DNA of 64,000 nt from positions 124,001-188,000 of the forward strand of contig JAUFOR010000008.1 of the NCBI GenBank assembly GCA_040285745.1, in the 5' to 3' direction. Below the pieces are notes generated by a model. The model worked only from the letters and a program-made list of their open reading frames with translations, searched no databases and had not been told where the DNA came from. Positions within the stretch are counted from its first letter, which is position 1. Each line of letters starts with the position of its first letter. Shown here in pieces: positions 31,104 through 41,507 of this stretch. The position numbers and the translations under genes were made by a program. Origin of the DNA: Barthelona sp. PCE (Eukaryota).

Positions 31104-32798
31104 TTAAAAAAATGCATTCAATTCACTCTCTAATGATAATATCTCGCTCTTCTCATTTAGCTCATCAATGAAATCGTTATTTGTAAACAAAAAGTCAGTC
31201 ATATTATCAAAAAACTCAAAAAAATCGGGTGAAAACCCAAATTTCAGAGCTGTTGAATTAACTTGTTCCTGAATAAACCCTCTGCTCTCATCTTTAAAGT
31301 TCTTCTTCACATTCAATTTTATCTGTTTGTATAACATAGTTTTCCTCCAAATATACACAATTTTTTGCTTCAAATAATTTGTGAAATATTGTACTTCAGC
31401 TTCATATCGATCTATATCAATATCTTTGTCCTCAAACAAACCACTGTAAACGTCAAAAACATCCTGAAACATGGTAATTTCAAATCTTAAATTGCACTTT
31501 CTTAATGAAATTTTTCCTGCAACAAGCTGAAAAGAATCTTCAACAATTTTCGGTGCATAATCAGCTGATAGATCAACAGAAGCCAGGTGTTCAACAACAG
31601 AATGTGTGATACGATTCGTTACAACATGCCAAGGTTCTGTATCGTAAAAAAACTGTGTTTTAAATACATTAAACGTATTCAAATCAATAACAACTACAGG
31701 AAACATACTTAAAAACAATGAAAAACTTGGGAAATCTTCAATGGAATTGGCCACACAACCTTGTAAAGGTAATCCAGGAATATACTGTTTTGATATCAAG
31801 GGTTGAGTGTAATAATCATCGATACGATTAAACTCAAATATCTGCAACAAACTAAGAAGTTCGTGAACTAGCGTATCATCAGAATGTAAAACTACAGTAG
31901 AGTGATACATTAAATGAAAGAAAATGCAATAACTAATAAAATTGATCTTCTTTTTCTTCTCTATAGCTGTTCCGTTCTCAACATCCTTTCCGAAAATATT
32001 TAGACTTTCAAATATCTTCTTAAATTTGATATTATATTCATAATTTTGATTGAAATCGCTCAACTGTGGATAAAGAAATATTCCTATAATATTCTTATAA
32101 AAAAGATTCACATAACGATCAACACATTCAAGGAACCGCGTGTTGTCCTGACTACCGCTGTTTCTACTAAGACTGGGATTTAAACTTATTGCAAAGAAAA
32201 CTTCACCCAGGATCCTCATAAACTTTGAAAATCTTCGATGCAAAGGGAGATAATTTTTGAAGAGTGCTTTTGTCATTATGATACTGAAAACACCACGAGT
32301 TGGCAAATTACAGTGCCGATCAAAGTGTGTAAAACATACACTGATAACACGTAGTTCACGATCATTGCAATCTGTCATATCTTCCTCTGATAATGTGAAA
32401 AAATTAAGTCGAATTGATGTGGAGGCCAGGTTTATAATATTATTTGAGAATCTAGTGCAAAACGTTATGTCATCTTTGCTTACTTTTGATGCATTCTTCT
32501 CTAAACGCATCTTAATCTTTGAATAACGCTCCCACTGCTTCCTAAGCGCACTAATAGTTTCTAATTCACCATCAATGCTCAATTTTGATACTTTTTTGAA
32601 AACATTCATATTGAAGCTATTTGAGCTCCATGTCTTTAAAATTTGAGGCCCAGTCATGTTATTCCAGTAAGTTATCTGCATGTCAAAAGGAAAACCATTC
32701 TGCATAACGATGTTACCATCATCTTCAAATGAAAGTGGAAATAACGTTGTGTTAAGACGCTTTTCTGACGAAAAAAGGGATGTAATAAACCGAAACAT
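31104..32798 (-). CDS. C9orf72: C9orf72-like DENN-fold protein
   Basis: TYWNNMTGPQILKTW, FFTLSE, SIIM...YLPLHR, YIPGLPLQG and FPVVVIDL parallel the C9orf72 motifs YWDNILGP, FFVLSE, YLPLHR, Y-SGLFVQG and YPTTHID (recalled, not searched). Confidence 0.85.
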   Translation of the reverse strand: MFRFITSLFSSEKRLNTTLFPLSFEDDGNIVMQNGFPFDMQITYWNNMTGPQILKTWSSNSFNMNVFKKVSKLSIDGELETISALRKQWERYSKIKMRLEKNASKVSKDDITFCTRFSNNIINLASTSIRLNFFTLSEEDMTDCNDRELRVISVCFTHFDRHCNLPTRGVFSIIMTKALFKNYLPLHRRFSKFMRILGEVFFAISLNPSLSRNSGSQDNTRFLECVDRYVNLFYKNIIGIFLYPQLSDFNQNYEYNIKFKKIFESLNIFGKDVENGTAIEKKKKINFISYCIFFHLMYHSTVVLHSDDTLVHELLSLLQIFEFNRIDDYYTQPLISKQYIPGLPLQGCVANSIEDFPSFSLFLSMFPVVVIDLNTFNVFKTQFFYDTEPWHVVTNRITHSVVEHLASVDLSADYAPKIVEDSFQLVAGKISLRKCNLRFEITMFQDVFDVYSGLFEDKDIDIDRYEAEVQYFTNYLKQKIVYIWRKTMLYKQIKLNVKKNFKDESRGFIQEQVNSTALKFGFSPDFFEFFDNMTDFLFTNNDFIDELNEKSEILSLESELNAFF

Positions 32799-32976
32799 CC
32801 GTGTTAAACCATAAAAAAAAGTCTATGTGTTGGAAACGGCTGAAGAAAAGCAAAACGTATTGATTGTTTAAAGTACATTACTCCCCGTTTCTATACACAC
32901 CCAAAGACTTATTTAGATCCCTTTTACCTTCACAAAACTTTAAAATACTGCTTTTACAATTCATATCTACATACAC

Positions 32977-33345
32977 ATGAAGAAGCGTTCGTTAGCAGAC
33001 TTTCAAAACTATGAAATCCGCGTATTTTGCACCGACTGCGAATATACTGGAATACTAAGACTCATTGATGGACATAAAAATATTGTTCTTGAAAATACCG
33101 TTGAGTTTCGCACGTCAAAGAATGGGGATCATATTCGCAGGGATTTGGGTTTGATTTTACTTCGAGGGGACCGTGTAACAATGACTGCAGTTGAAGGAGC
33201 AGCTCCCCAGTTTTCTAGCAAAGTTGAAAGTTCACTTCCTGTTATGAAGGAAACAGCAGAGGCCAGTAATCTACCGTTCAACATCAAACCTAACAAGACT
33301 GATGGTCTACCATTCAAACAACAAGTGACAGCACAGTCTTTCTAG
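32977..33345 (+). CDS. SNRPB: Sm protein, SmB-like
   Basis: Sm1 (Y-G-L--ID-H-NIVL----EFR) and Sm2 (RRDLGLILLRGD...VEG) motifs. Confidence 0.8.
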   Translation: MKKRSLADFQNYEIRVFCTDCEYTGILRLIDGHKNIVLENTVEFRTSKNGDHIRRDLGLILLRGDRVTMTAVEGAAPQFSSKVESSLPVMKETAEASNLPFNIKPNKTDGLPFKQQVTAQSF

Positions 33346-33974
33346 TGTTTAGCAATACCCAATAATTCCCCTGGAGGTTTTTTCTTCGGTACATTCGTCA
33401 ACATCACAGGCTGTGGGGTGGGTACATCGTTCATTATCGGAGAAGGCTGTCTATTACGTCGTTTTATACAACAACCAAGCACGATTGTACTGGCAATGAT
33501 AATGATGGCAAATGCAATAACAATAGTTGTGAAATCCTTAACTTCTGGATCGTTTGGATCGATCTGGAGAGTTCTCACTGTTTGAAAATCAAAGAATTGC
33601 TGTTTGTTATTTAAAATTAAACTTTTTTCTTGTTTATCAAAGACAAACAGTTTTCTTGTTACTTCTCTGTTATTAACGTGAGTGTTTAAGTGCACTGAAG
33701 TTTGCTTTTCATTCAATTCGAAAAGTTTAATAGAATAGTATGAGAGGAATTTCTTTTGTGGGTATACAGTTATGTAATCATTATTCAACCATATCAACAG
33801 ACCTAGCATATTGTGGCTCTCATCGCAAGCTATGATTCCAAAGCTAGAAACATAAAAAGGCCAGAAAATTGAAGAAATTACTGTTTCTTCTTGAATAAAC
33901 AGCACTTCATGATCTAAACATTGACTAACTGTCAAAGAAACACATAATAATATCAAAATTGCCCTGTTAAACAT
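33342..33974 (-). CDS. type I membrane protein, hypothetical
   Basis: N-terminal signal-like peptide, one TM helix followed by CCIKRR, Pro-rich tail. Confidence 0.75.
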   Translation of the reverse strand: MFNRAILILLCVSLTVSQCLDHEVLFIQEETVISSIFWPFYVSSFGIIACDESHNMLGLLIWLNNDYITVYPQKKFLSYYSIKLFELNEKQTSVHLNTHVNNREVTRKLFVFDKQEKSLILNNKQQFFDFQTVRTLQIDPNDPEVKDFTTIVIAFAIIIIASTIVLGCCIKRRNRQPSPIMNDVPTPQPVMLTNVPKKKPPGELLGIAKH

Positions 33975-34025
33975 ATTGCTAAAGGAGGAAAAAAAAAAAA
34001 CATGTTTTAATGTTTACTATTTATA

Positions 34026-35399
34026 TTAAATCTCAAAATCACCTAAAAGATCATCAACAACGATTTTTGCCTCACTTTCATCCACAATTTGACACAAAAG
34101 ATCAAAGAAAATCTCATCAAATGGTATCAGATGCTGATTATCTTGAATAGTAATTGAAATACAATCACCTTCGTGTGCAATCGATTCAATAAGGAGCAAA
34201 GAAAACACGTTACGTAAAACAATGGTCTCCTCATCCTTGAAAAATCCAAAAACTACACTGTTCTTTGTTAGAATCAGTATCTCAGGTATCTCTCTCTGTA
34301 ATCTCACCGTAACATCCTCTTCTAAATCAATTTCGTTAGTTACATAATGCATATGAGCTCCAATCTGTGTAAGATGACCCACTGTTTGGACTGGATATTT
34401 AGCAATCGTCACAACAACTTCTTTTTCCGCTACAACTTCTTTGGGCTCGGGTTCGGGTTCGGGAGACTCGTTCTGTGATGTAAAAAATCCAAAAAAGCTG
34501 GATTTCGTCTTCTTAAAAAACCGACCAATAGTTTCTGTTGCAGTTTCTTCCTCCACTGTCCTTTTTTCCAGGGCAACGAGTGTTTCGGGAAGCTCTTCCA
34601 TCTTTGTCGATAAGAAACTAACACGAGAGAAACCCCATCTGTTCAACTCCTTGAGAACCTCATTTCTTCTAAAATCAAAAACCAAAAGATCATCAAATAT
34701 CAGACAAAGCCTCTTGTTCCGATAATGCTTTGGCATGAACTCAACATCAGTTAGAGAAACACGAATACTACCTTTCAACAGGATAAGCTCCCTATCTTCA
34801 CTAATACGGAAATCCAAGAACTCACATTCACTCTGTGTGGCCTCTTCGTGTGTCATGAGGGGTGCTGGATGAAAGAAAATCTTCATGAATGCACGTTTGT
34901 TCTTCTTTAATGTTGGGAGTTTTGATATTAATGATGTAAGATACTTGGGTAGCATACAATCTGTTGCCTGTTCCAGTAGAGCATACATATGGTGGTCGTC
35001 AATTGATCTTATAAACGAAGAAAACTCGACTTCGTAATTTTGCACCTGCAATTCTATTAAAAAACAATAAAAAACAACAAAAACTTGTAATCCTTGTTTT
35101 AAAACTAAGTTTATGAGTGACACTGCAACTGCAGGCGATATAATATCACATAACCAGTTGCTTAAATCAATGAGATCACCACATTCAATGCCAAAGAGAT
35201 AACTGAAAGTTATGCTAATAATTTGTTGTAAAACACCGTGATCGTTGACATCGAAGCTGAAAAGAGACTGTAGGTTCAAGTAAAGCCCATATGCATCGCT
35301 TAGAGAAAAGTTCTGATGAACAAAAGCATTAACTACATATAAATCCAAAGCCTCGATATCTGAATCACTAAAATCGTGATCAACTATGTGCTGTTGCAT
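34026..35399 (-). CDS. hypothetical protein (457 aa); possibly TBC1D23-like architecture
   Basis: Long ORF: helical N-terminus, low-complexity linker, beta-rich C-terminus. The family assignment is a weak impression. Confidence 0.6.
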   Translation of the reverse strand: MQQHIVDHDFSDSDIEALDLYVVNAFVHQNFSLSDAYGLYLNLQSLFSFDVNDHGVLQQIISITFSYLFGIECGDLIDLSNWLCDIISPAVAVSLINLVLKQGLQVFVVFYCFLIELQVQNYEVEFSSFIRSIDDHHMYALLEQATDCMLPKYLTSLISKLPTLKKNKRAFMKIFFHPAPLMTHEEATQSECEFLDFRISEDRELILLKGSIRVSLTDVEFMPKHYRNKRLCLIFDDLLVFDFRRNEVLKELNRWGFSRVSFLSTKMEELPETLVALEKRTVEEETATETIGRFFKKTKSSFFGFFTSQNESPEPEPEPKEVVAEKEVVVTIAKYPVQTVGHLTQIGAHMHYVTNEIDLEEDVTVRLQREIPEILILTKNSVVFGFFKDEETIVLRNVFSLLLIESIAHEGDCISITIQDNQHLIPFDEIFFDLLCQIVDESEAKIVVDDLLGDFEI

Positions 35400-35455
35400 T
35401 CAAAAAAATATATAAATGTGAAAAAGGGTGTTTTTTTGTTAATCACTCTATAAAC

Positions 35456-35785
35456 ATGAACATTAACGCAATGACTTCACTCTTCCACACTGAGGAAGCT
35501 GCTGTATCCATGCTTGATAATGTAGTTTCACTTCTGAACAGCGAAAAGGGGCAAGCATTAAAGAAGACAGCCAGTGAAGCTGCTGGTAACATGCAACTAC
35601 TCATGATGAACGTACTACCTGCTGCCTTACAACTTCTCACACCTTTACTCACTGAAATGCAATTAGAGGTTAACATGTCTTCCATTTTAATGGTTTTCGG
35701 TGCTTTAAGGATGAAACTTCCTGCTGACAGACAAAATGAGCTTGTCCAGCTTCAGGGAATGGTTCTTCCAATGCCCACCTTTTAG
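35456..35785 (+). CDS. protein C10 (C12orf57/Grcc10)-like
   Basis: AGNMQLLMMNVLPAALQL and terminal L-GMVLP resemble C10 (A-NDM-KM-QFVLPVATQI...L-ALFLPP); size about 110 aa fits. Confidence 0.7.
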   Translation: MNINAMTSLFHTEEAAVSMLDNVVSLLNSEKGQALKKTASEAAGNMQLLMMNVLPAALQLLTPLLTEMQLEVNMSSILMVFGALRMKLPADRQNELVQLQGMVLPMPTF

Positions 35786-35844
35786 GAAAATCATTAGTGG
35801 CTTTTACTGACTATAGTAAACGCTTTTGTTATTAAATGGTAATA

Positions 35845-36246
35845 TTATTCAGTATTGACAACGAGGGGGTTGTCTTCACCATAACTCTTTAATTTATAAT
35901 AGTTTTTTTCAACTACAAACCAGTACAAACCCGAAAAAACCAATAATATTACATTCGCTGTAAGCTTCATGAATCGTGTCAGAATACTCACTATGACCAC
36001 TACAATCTGTGCAACTCTATACCAACAAACTAGACTGATATATTCAATCTCATTTGCATTAATGTACTGAAATACCTTGAATTCAAAGAAAAGTAGTATC
36101 ATACTACCCCCACACACAGCTCCGTGAATCCAATTCAACTCACCAATTGCAAAAGATGCATTCAAAATTGCAAAAAGAAAAAGAAAACCCATCTGAATAC
36201 TGCAAAAAATCAAACTTGTTATTACATAAAACCCCTTTGAAGCCAT
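35845..36246 (-). CDS. small 4-TM membrane protein, hypothetical
   Basis: Four hydrophobic segments in 133 aa. Confidence 0.65.
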   Translation of the reverse strand: MASKGFYVITSLIFCSIQMGFLFLFAILNASFAIGELNWIHGAVCGGSMILLFFEFKVFQYINANEIEYISLVCWYRVAQIVVVIVSILTRFMKLTANVILLVFSGLYWFVVEKNYYKLKSYGEDNPLVVNTE

Positions 36247-36445
36247 CTAACACGTGGGATTGGATTAAATTATTGAAGGAAGGTTGAAAAAAGAGAAATA
36301 AACAACAACACAATATATCTTACAGGACGAGTTTTTGTTGTTTGAGTATGGACTAAATGACTTTCTAAATCTTACTCCCTTGGATAATATTGTTTTAAAT
36401 TACCCAACCCTTTTCACAACTTTTTATCGCATATAACTATATTTA

Positions 36446-37303
36446 ATGGGTCAAAAGGTTCTATTAACATTCTTCATCATGTTTGCAACTTTTACATTCG
36501 CTTTAGCTGCTGCTGAACGCACAGTTATGGTTTGGGAATGCTCCCAGTACTGTGACTTCTCTACTGTTGATGTTATGCAGCATCTCGCTGCTATCAAGCA
36601 AGCAGAGTTCATCAAACATGTCAGTTATGAACACCTTAACTTGGCTGGACACGATACCAATTTTTGGCGCGTTAATAGTAATACTGACATCCGTTCTGAG
36701 CTAAAATCAATGGGCCGCTCCACATACCCAATGTTCAGTATTTATCCCCATGAGGATCTGGACAATTTGCCAAACATTCGTGAAATGATTAACGATAAGG
36801 CTAAATACATGGAGTACGTTCACACCATCAGCGATTATCTAGTACAAATCGGGGTTACAGGCCTTAACATTGATATTGAACCCGTTGGATCATCAACTGA
36901 TGACAACGCTCCTTATGTAGCTTTCCTTAAGGATCTTACTGAGGTTTTCCATGCCAAGGGGCTCATTGTACAGGTTGATGTTGCAAACTGGTGTGCAATC
37001 ACACGTGACTTTAAGGCCATAGCAGATGCCGGTGTAGACCGAATTATTACGATGGACAGCTATGCAGGAAGTTTTTCTGGGTTTAAGAAGGGTATTGAGC
37101 GTCTCTTATCACAGGTTCCAGTTGAAAAAGCCGTAGTTGGTATGGCAAACGTTAACTTTAACAACAACAAACCATTCACACAGCAAGAGCTCAGTGATCG
37201 ACTTTCATATCTATTAGAAAGAGGAGTTCAACACGTTGCCGTGTGGGACATGCCTTTAACATCAGACTATCTCCACATGCTTGGTAATTTTGTATATGCA
37301 TAG
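36446..37303 (+). CDS. secreted glycoside hydrolase family 18-like protein
   Basis: Signal peptide; GVTGLNIDIEP (GH18 DxE motif), D-IITMDSY, VP-EK-VVG and terminal GV--VAVW. Confidence 0.8.
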   Translation: MGQKVLLTFFIMFATFTFALAAAERTVMVWECSQYCDFSTVDVMQHLAAIKQAEFIKHVSYEHLNLAGHDTNFWRVNSNTDIRSELKSMGRSTYPMFSIYPHEDLDNLPNIREMINDKAKYMEYVHTISDYLVQIGVTGLNIDIEPVGSSTDDNAPYVAFLKDLTEVFHAKGLIVQVDVANWCAITRDFKAIADAGVDRIITMDSYAGSFSGFKKGIERLLSQVPVEKAVVGMANVNFNNNKPFTQQELSDRLSYLLERGVQHVAVWDMPLTSDYLHMLGNFVYA

Positions 37304-37481
37304 AAAACTTTTAGTAAACTTAATATTCAGGTTCTTTCACGTGCGTACGTGGTACAACGTCACGTCTTTCCACGTATGGAGAGGAACATTGAATAAATAT
37401 GCAAACTTGTTTTCGGGATTTGTACCTTCTTACTGCTTTTTGAGCAATTGTTTTGGTTTCTGATTGATAACAACAAGCACT

Positions 37482-38603
37482 ATGCCAGATCATTTCTCAG
37501 TTTTATTGGGGGCGAACTCAATGACCAATTTTGAGAAAATTAGTGACTTTGTCGCTGAATCTCTCACAAACAAAGATGTATATGACGAGGATACACTGAG
37601 ATCAATGTTTGAGGAATATGATGGATCCATTAATAAGCTTCTAGCATTGAGAAACAGACTCCAAACAGATATTCATACGTTAGAATCTAAGATTCAAGAA
37701 CACGAATCATTTCTTGACAAATATGAGGAGCGTATCGAGCGTTTATTGGCTGATTTTATGGAACACACCGCATCTCTTCAAGTCAAATCCGATTTTGACC
37801 GACTGGAACAGGAGCTCAAACAGCTTCCAAGCATTAACGATATCCACACACTAAAAGCACAGGTGAACGACCGAATCATAGAGGTAACAGATGAGATTGA
37901 GATGTGCGCTATACAATTGGATAAACGCAAGCATATGCTTTCACTTATTGCCAGTCTAGCCAAAGAAGCAGTGGGCTACGATCTAGAACGCGTAAAAGCT
38001 GATGTCGGGGCAGCTCAAATGGCCGAATATGATGATGAGAAGCGAAAAGAGGAGCCTGAAATGAGGATGAATATGAATATGTCTGAATCGGATCCTGACG
38101 ATGAAGAGTACGTATATGAGAGTGATGAGAGTGTTTTAATCTTCTCTGACTCAAATTCTACCGTTAGACAGATGGATTCAGCCCTGTTTAACAGTGAGAG
38201 CGGTATCGAAGAGAATGGTGAGGAAGATATTGCTGAAGAAATGATGGAGGAAGATAACAGTGAAGAAGAGCTGGAGGAAGATCACGTTGAAGAAGAACTC
38301 GAGGAAGAAAACAGTGAAGAGGAAAATAATCCTGAGCAAACAGAAGATATCGAAGAAGTGTTACAGACAGTTGATGACATAATGGATGATCCCAGACTTA
38401 ATGATCTTCTCCTAGAGTTCAATGTCGCAGATGATATGAACGAAATTGGCATGATGTTGATCGGAGAAAAGGAAGGTATTGAAACTGTACAGAAGTTCTT
38501 TGAATTTCTTCTAACAGAGGGTATAGATAACGTGTGCGAAGATTTGGACAAGTACTATGCAATTTACAAGGATTTCCTAAAAATTAAAGAACCAGTTGAA
38601 TAA
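37482..38603 (+). CDS. acidic coiled-coil protein, hypothetical
   Basis: Heptad-rich N-terminal half and Glu/Asp-rich C-terminal half; first ATG at 37482. Confidence 0.7.
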   Translation: MPDHFSVLLGANSMTNFEKISDFVAESLTNKDVYDEDTLRSMFEEYDGSINKLLALRNRLQTDIHTLESKIQEHESFLDKYEERIERLLADFMEHTASLQVKSDFDRLEQELKQLPSINDIHTLKAQVNDRIIEVTDEIEMCAIQLDKRKHMLSLIASLAKEAVGYDLERVKADVGAAQMAEYDDEKRKEEPEMRMNMNMSESDPDDEEYVYESDESVLIFSDSNSTVRQMDSALFNSESGIEENGEEDIAEEMMEEDNSEEELEEDHVEEELEEENSEEENNPEQTEDIEEVLQTVDDIMDDPRLNDLLLEFNVADDMNEIGMMLIGEKEGIETVQKFFEFLLTEGIDNVCEDLDKYYAIYKDFLKIKEPVE

Positions 38604-38662
38604 ATTACATTAAAAGCTCAAATAAATCAAAAAAAAAACTTATACGTGTTTATTGTACTTTT

Positions 38663-39934
38663 TTAAGAACCCCATCCGAAAATGGCTGCAAAAATGGCTA
38701 GCACTGGAATCATCAGTACTGTACTGAGCATGACATTAGCACTAGTAATCTTGTTACCAATTTCGTACTCCTGACTAAATACATATGTGCTGAGTGCTTG
38801 TGGTAATGTATGAAGGAACACAAAGATATCATACTTATCTCCCTCTAGCCCTATAATCTTAGCAAGTCCCATAGCCATTAGAGGAGCAATGCCGTATCTT
38901 AAAAACATATTAATGATAATGAACCCGATGTTTTCAAAGTCTTCCTTATCGAAATTGGTCAAAACTGCGCCTAATCCGAATAGAGTGAGGCCAACAACTG
39001 TTCTTGAGAAGTAATTAATTGTAGTTTCCATATATTCGTGCTGTAAGAACTTTGCAATACTCAAGAATATACCGATGAACAGAGCAATGACCGTAGGCTT
39101 TGTGAGAACGCGCTTAACTACCTTGCCAGCAATTTTCTTGAAAGTACCGCTCTGTCGCACAGCTTCTTCCAATACACTTTCTGTTTCTGTTTCTGTTTCT
39201 GTTTGTGTGTCGACCTCAATGTCAACAAGATCGGCAACAATATGAGATGAACGAACACGGGGGATACCATCATGATCTGATACATCTTCGTTCTTCTCTT
39301 CCATCTCGTATCCTGGTTCAACAATTGACTCAATGGGGATCCCGCCTTCCTGCATCTCTATCTCCGCGGCGATTATCTCTTTGCTGTTTTCAGGAATAGG
39401 TTCCTGGAGATGTGTTATGATCTGAATATCCTCCAAATCAGAATCGCTTGCACTATCACAAAGATGAGGGGCATTAAGCTTTGCCAGCTCGTACACTGTC
39501 ACAATGACGGGGACGCTGATGAGATTATCGCTCATCGCCATCAAGACACCGTAGACTAAATAGTCTTTTCCAAAAACAACTTCTATAACAGGGAATCCAA
39601 TGATAACAGCGTTCAACCATGCAAGGGTGTCGAATAACACTGCAACGTTTCTGTAAAAGTTCTCTCGCTTCATAAAGAACCTCGAAACAGTGATACTGAT
39701 GATAAGAGCAACAAACTTGAATATGATACAGCCCAAGAGAAAAGAAAAGCTGACTTCAGCCCAGTCGACGGGCATAAGCGCATGCAAGAAAACGCATGGA
39801 AGTGCTAACTGAAATACAAACTTATTCAATGCTTTAATGTCAACGCTACCTGCTTTTGAATAGATAGCTCCCACTATCATACACAGAGTAACTGGTACAG
39901 TTGCTGATAATGTGGTTAAAATGGCTCCAGACAT
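38663..39934 (-). CDS. auxin efflux carrier (AEC)/PIN-like transporter
   Basis: 5 TM + acidic loop + 5 TM; ALNKFVFQLALP, NAVIIGFP and LPQALSTYVFSQEY motifs. Confidence 0.88.
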   Translation of the reverse strand: MSGAILTTLSATVPVTLCMIVGAIYSKAGSVDIKALNKFVFQLALPCVFLHALMPVDWAEVSFSFLLGCIIFKFVALIISITVSRFFMKRENFYRNVAVLFDTLAWLNAVIIGFPVIEVVFGKDYLVYGVLMAMSDNLISVPVIVTVYELAKLNAPHLCDSASDSDLEDIQIITHLQEPIPENSKEIIAAEIEMQEGGIPIESIVEPGYEMEEKNEDVSDHDGIPRVRSSHIVADLVDIEVDTQTETETETESVLEEAVRQSGTFKKIAGKVVKRVLTKPTVIALFIGIFLSIAKFLQHEYMETTINYFSRTVVGLTLFGLGAVLTNFDKEDFENIGFIIINMFLRYGIAPLMAMGLAKIIGLEGDKYDIFVFLHTLPQALSTYVFSQEYEIGNKITSANVMLSTVLMIPVLAIFAAIFGWGS

Positions 39935-40301
39935 GTGAAAAGGATAGAATCTGTAAAACGAGGCACACCTCATATTTTCAAACTATAAACACAAAAATAA
40001 GTTTTACACGGCCAAAAATACCATGTATTTACACAAAAAGATTCCAAACTCAACGTATACAGCAAAGAATCCATAGTATTTTATCTTGAATCTGCTACGA
40101 ATCACTGTGATCATGTGTTTCATACGTGACCATGTTTCGGTTTACTACACATACAGTCACATAATAATATCCAAAGTTGCAATAAAGCGTCAAACCATTC
40201 TTTATCGCATTATATCAGTGAAACTGTCTCAAAACTAGTTCTGAATCGCTTCAAATCATGAAATATACAATAATACACTGATTATTCTCAAAAAAAGTTG
40301 C

Positions 40302-41177
40302 CTAAACATCATATACGGCAACTGACAATGGTACTATAGAATTTTCCCTAATGACATGCATTCTATCTGTGACAAACACCAAATCATCAACACTGATATC
40401 TGACCCAATGCTTCTACGGGCGCCACGTTCGCCCAGGACCTGAATATCTCCGTCAGAAGTGACAAAAAAGTGGTAATCATCAACCATAAAATAATAGTCT
40501 CCAATGATGTAGGAAGGAAGTGATCCATCGTCCCCTATAGATCTGCTCCCTCCACAGGGCATTGATTCGTTAATACCCATGTAACCATCACACCAATGCA
40601 TAATTCTAGGAACGTTTGATGAAATAATAACAGATTTTAATCCTTCCAGCCAAAAATTACTCATCTGACGCCATACAATCTTACCGTCTACCATTTTTAA
40701 TACAGGGGTGACCTGATCCATGTTATTAAAAACAAGACAGTTACCTGCACAACGCACAACTGTCTCCATATCTTCAAACGTTTCGATCTCTTCATCATTC
40801 ATCAGGTCATAGACGTGAACAGTTGAAACGTCATCATGAAAAAGTGCATACTTATCCCCTGCGATACACAAAAATTTCTTTGTATCAAATAATTCACAAT
40901 GGACAGTTACCTCCCCATACAATCTTAAGTGTTGCCTATCAACTTTCATAAAAAACAATGTTTGTGAATATTCTTCCTTCTCCAATGAATAAAACAAATT
41001 GTTAGAATAGAAACATTGTCTTACGTTATCAAAAGCACAAGAAATGGCCCCTGCCCTGTTTTCTATAAGCCTAACTGTATTTTTGGATCTCATGATACGA
41101 TAGATGGATAGAAAATTCACAACACAAATCAAAAAGATTATAACTATACAATATGTGTTAATGCGTACAAAATTCAT
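40302..41177 (-). CDS. hypothetical beta-rich protein
   Basis: 291-aa ORF; the start may be the ATG at 41093. Confidence 0.6.
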   Translation of the reverse strand: MNFVRINTYCIVIIFLICVVNFLSIYRIMRSKNTVRLIENRAGAISCAFDNVRQCFYSNNLFYSLEKEEYSQTLFFMKVDRQHLRLYGEVTVHCELFDTKKFLCIAGDKYALFHDDVSTVHVYDLMNDEEIETFEDMETVVRCAGNCLVFNNMDQVTPVLKMVDGKIVWRQMSNFWLEGLKSVIISSNVPRIMHWCDGYMGINESMPCGGSRSIGDDGSLPSYIIGDYYFMVDDYHFFVTSDGDIQVLGERGARRSIGSDISVDDLVFVTDRMHVIRENSIVPLSVAVYDV

Positions 41178-41507
41178 ATGCTGTACAATAGAACAATGTA
41201 ACTTGCCATGTTCTTTTCTACATTAGCACAAACAGTTTATATCTGTATTCATCTGAACGTGGATAATAACCATTATAGACCAGTGACTGACTACTAGTGA
41301 AGATGTTTAGTGATGACGAATATTCTCTTAAAGTAAGGAACATCGTGATTAATCCCAAAAAAACATAAACTCTAAAATAATCACTCTTACTGAGCAACTC
41401 CTACAAAATGAACTCCAAATAACAAAGCTATATCAATTCTAAACCTAATCTTCCATATTCTACTTTCTTTCCCTTTCAACTTTCCCTTTCAACTTTCCCT
41501 AGTTCAC

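Noticed and set aside
39178-39204. (TTCTGT)n microsatellite
   Set aside because: Short coding ET repeat in the transporter loop; ordinary.
41310-41393. GTGATGA...CTGA pair resembling a box C/D snoRNA
   Set aside because: No terminal stem or recognisable rRNA guide seen; such motifs arise by chance in AT-rich DNA. Would need snoscan/Infernal.
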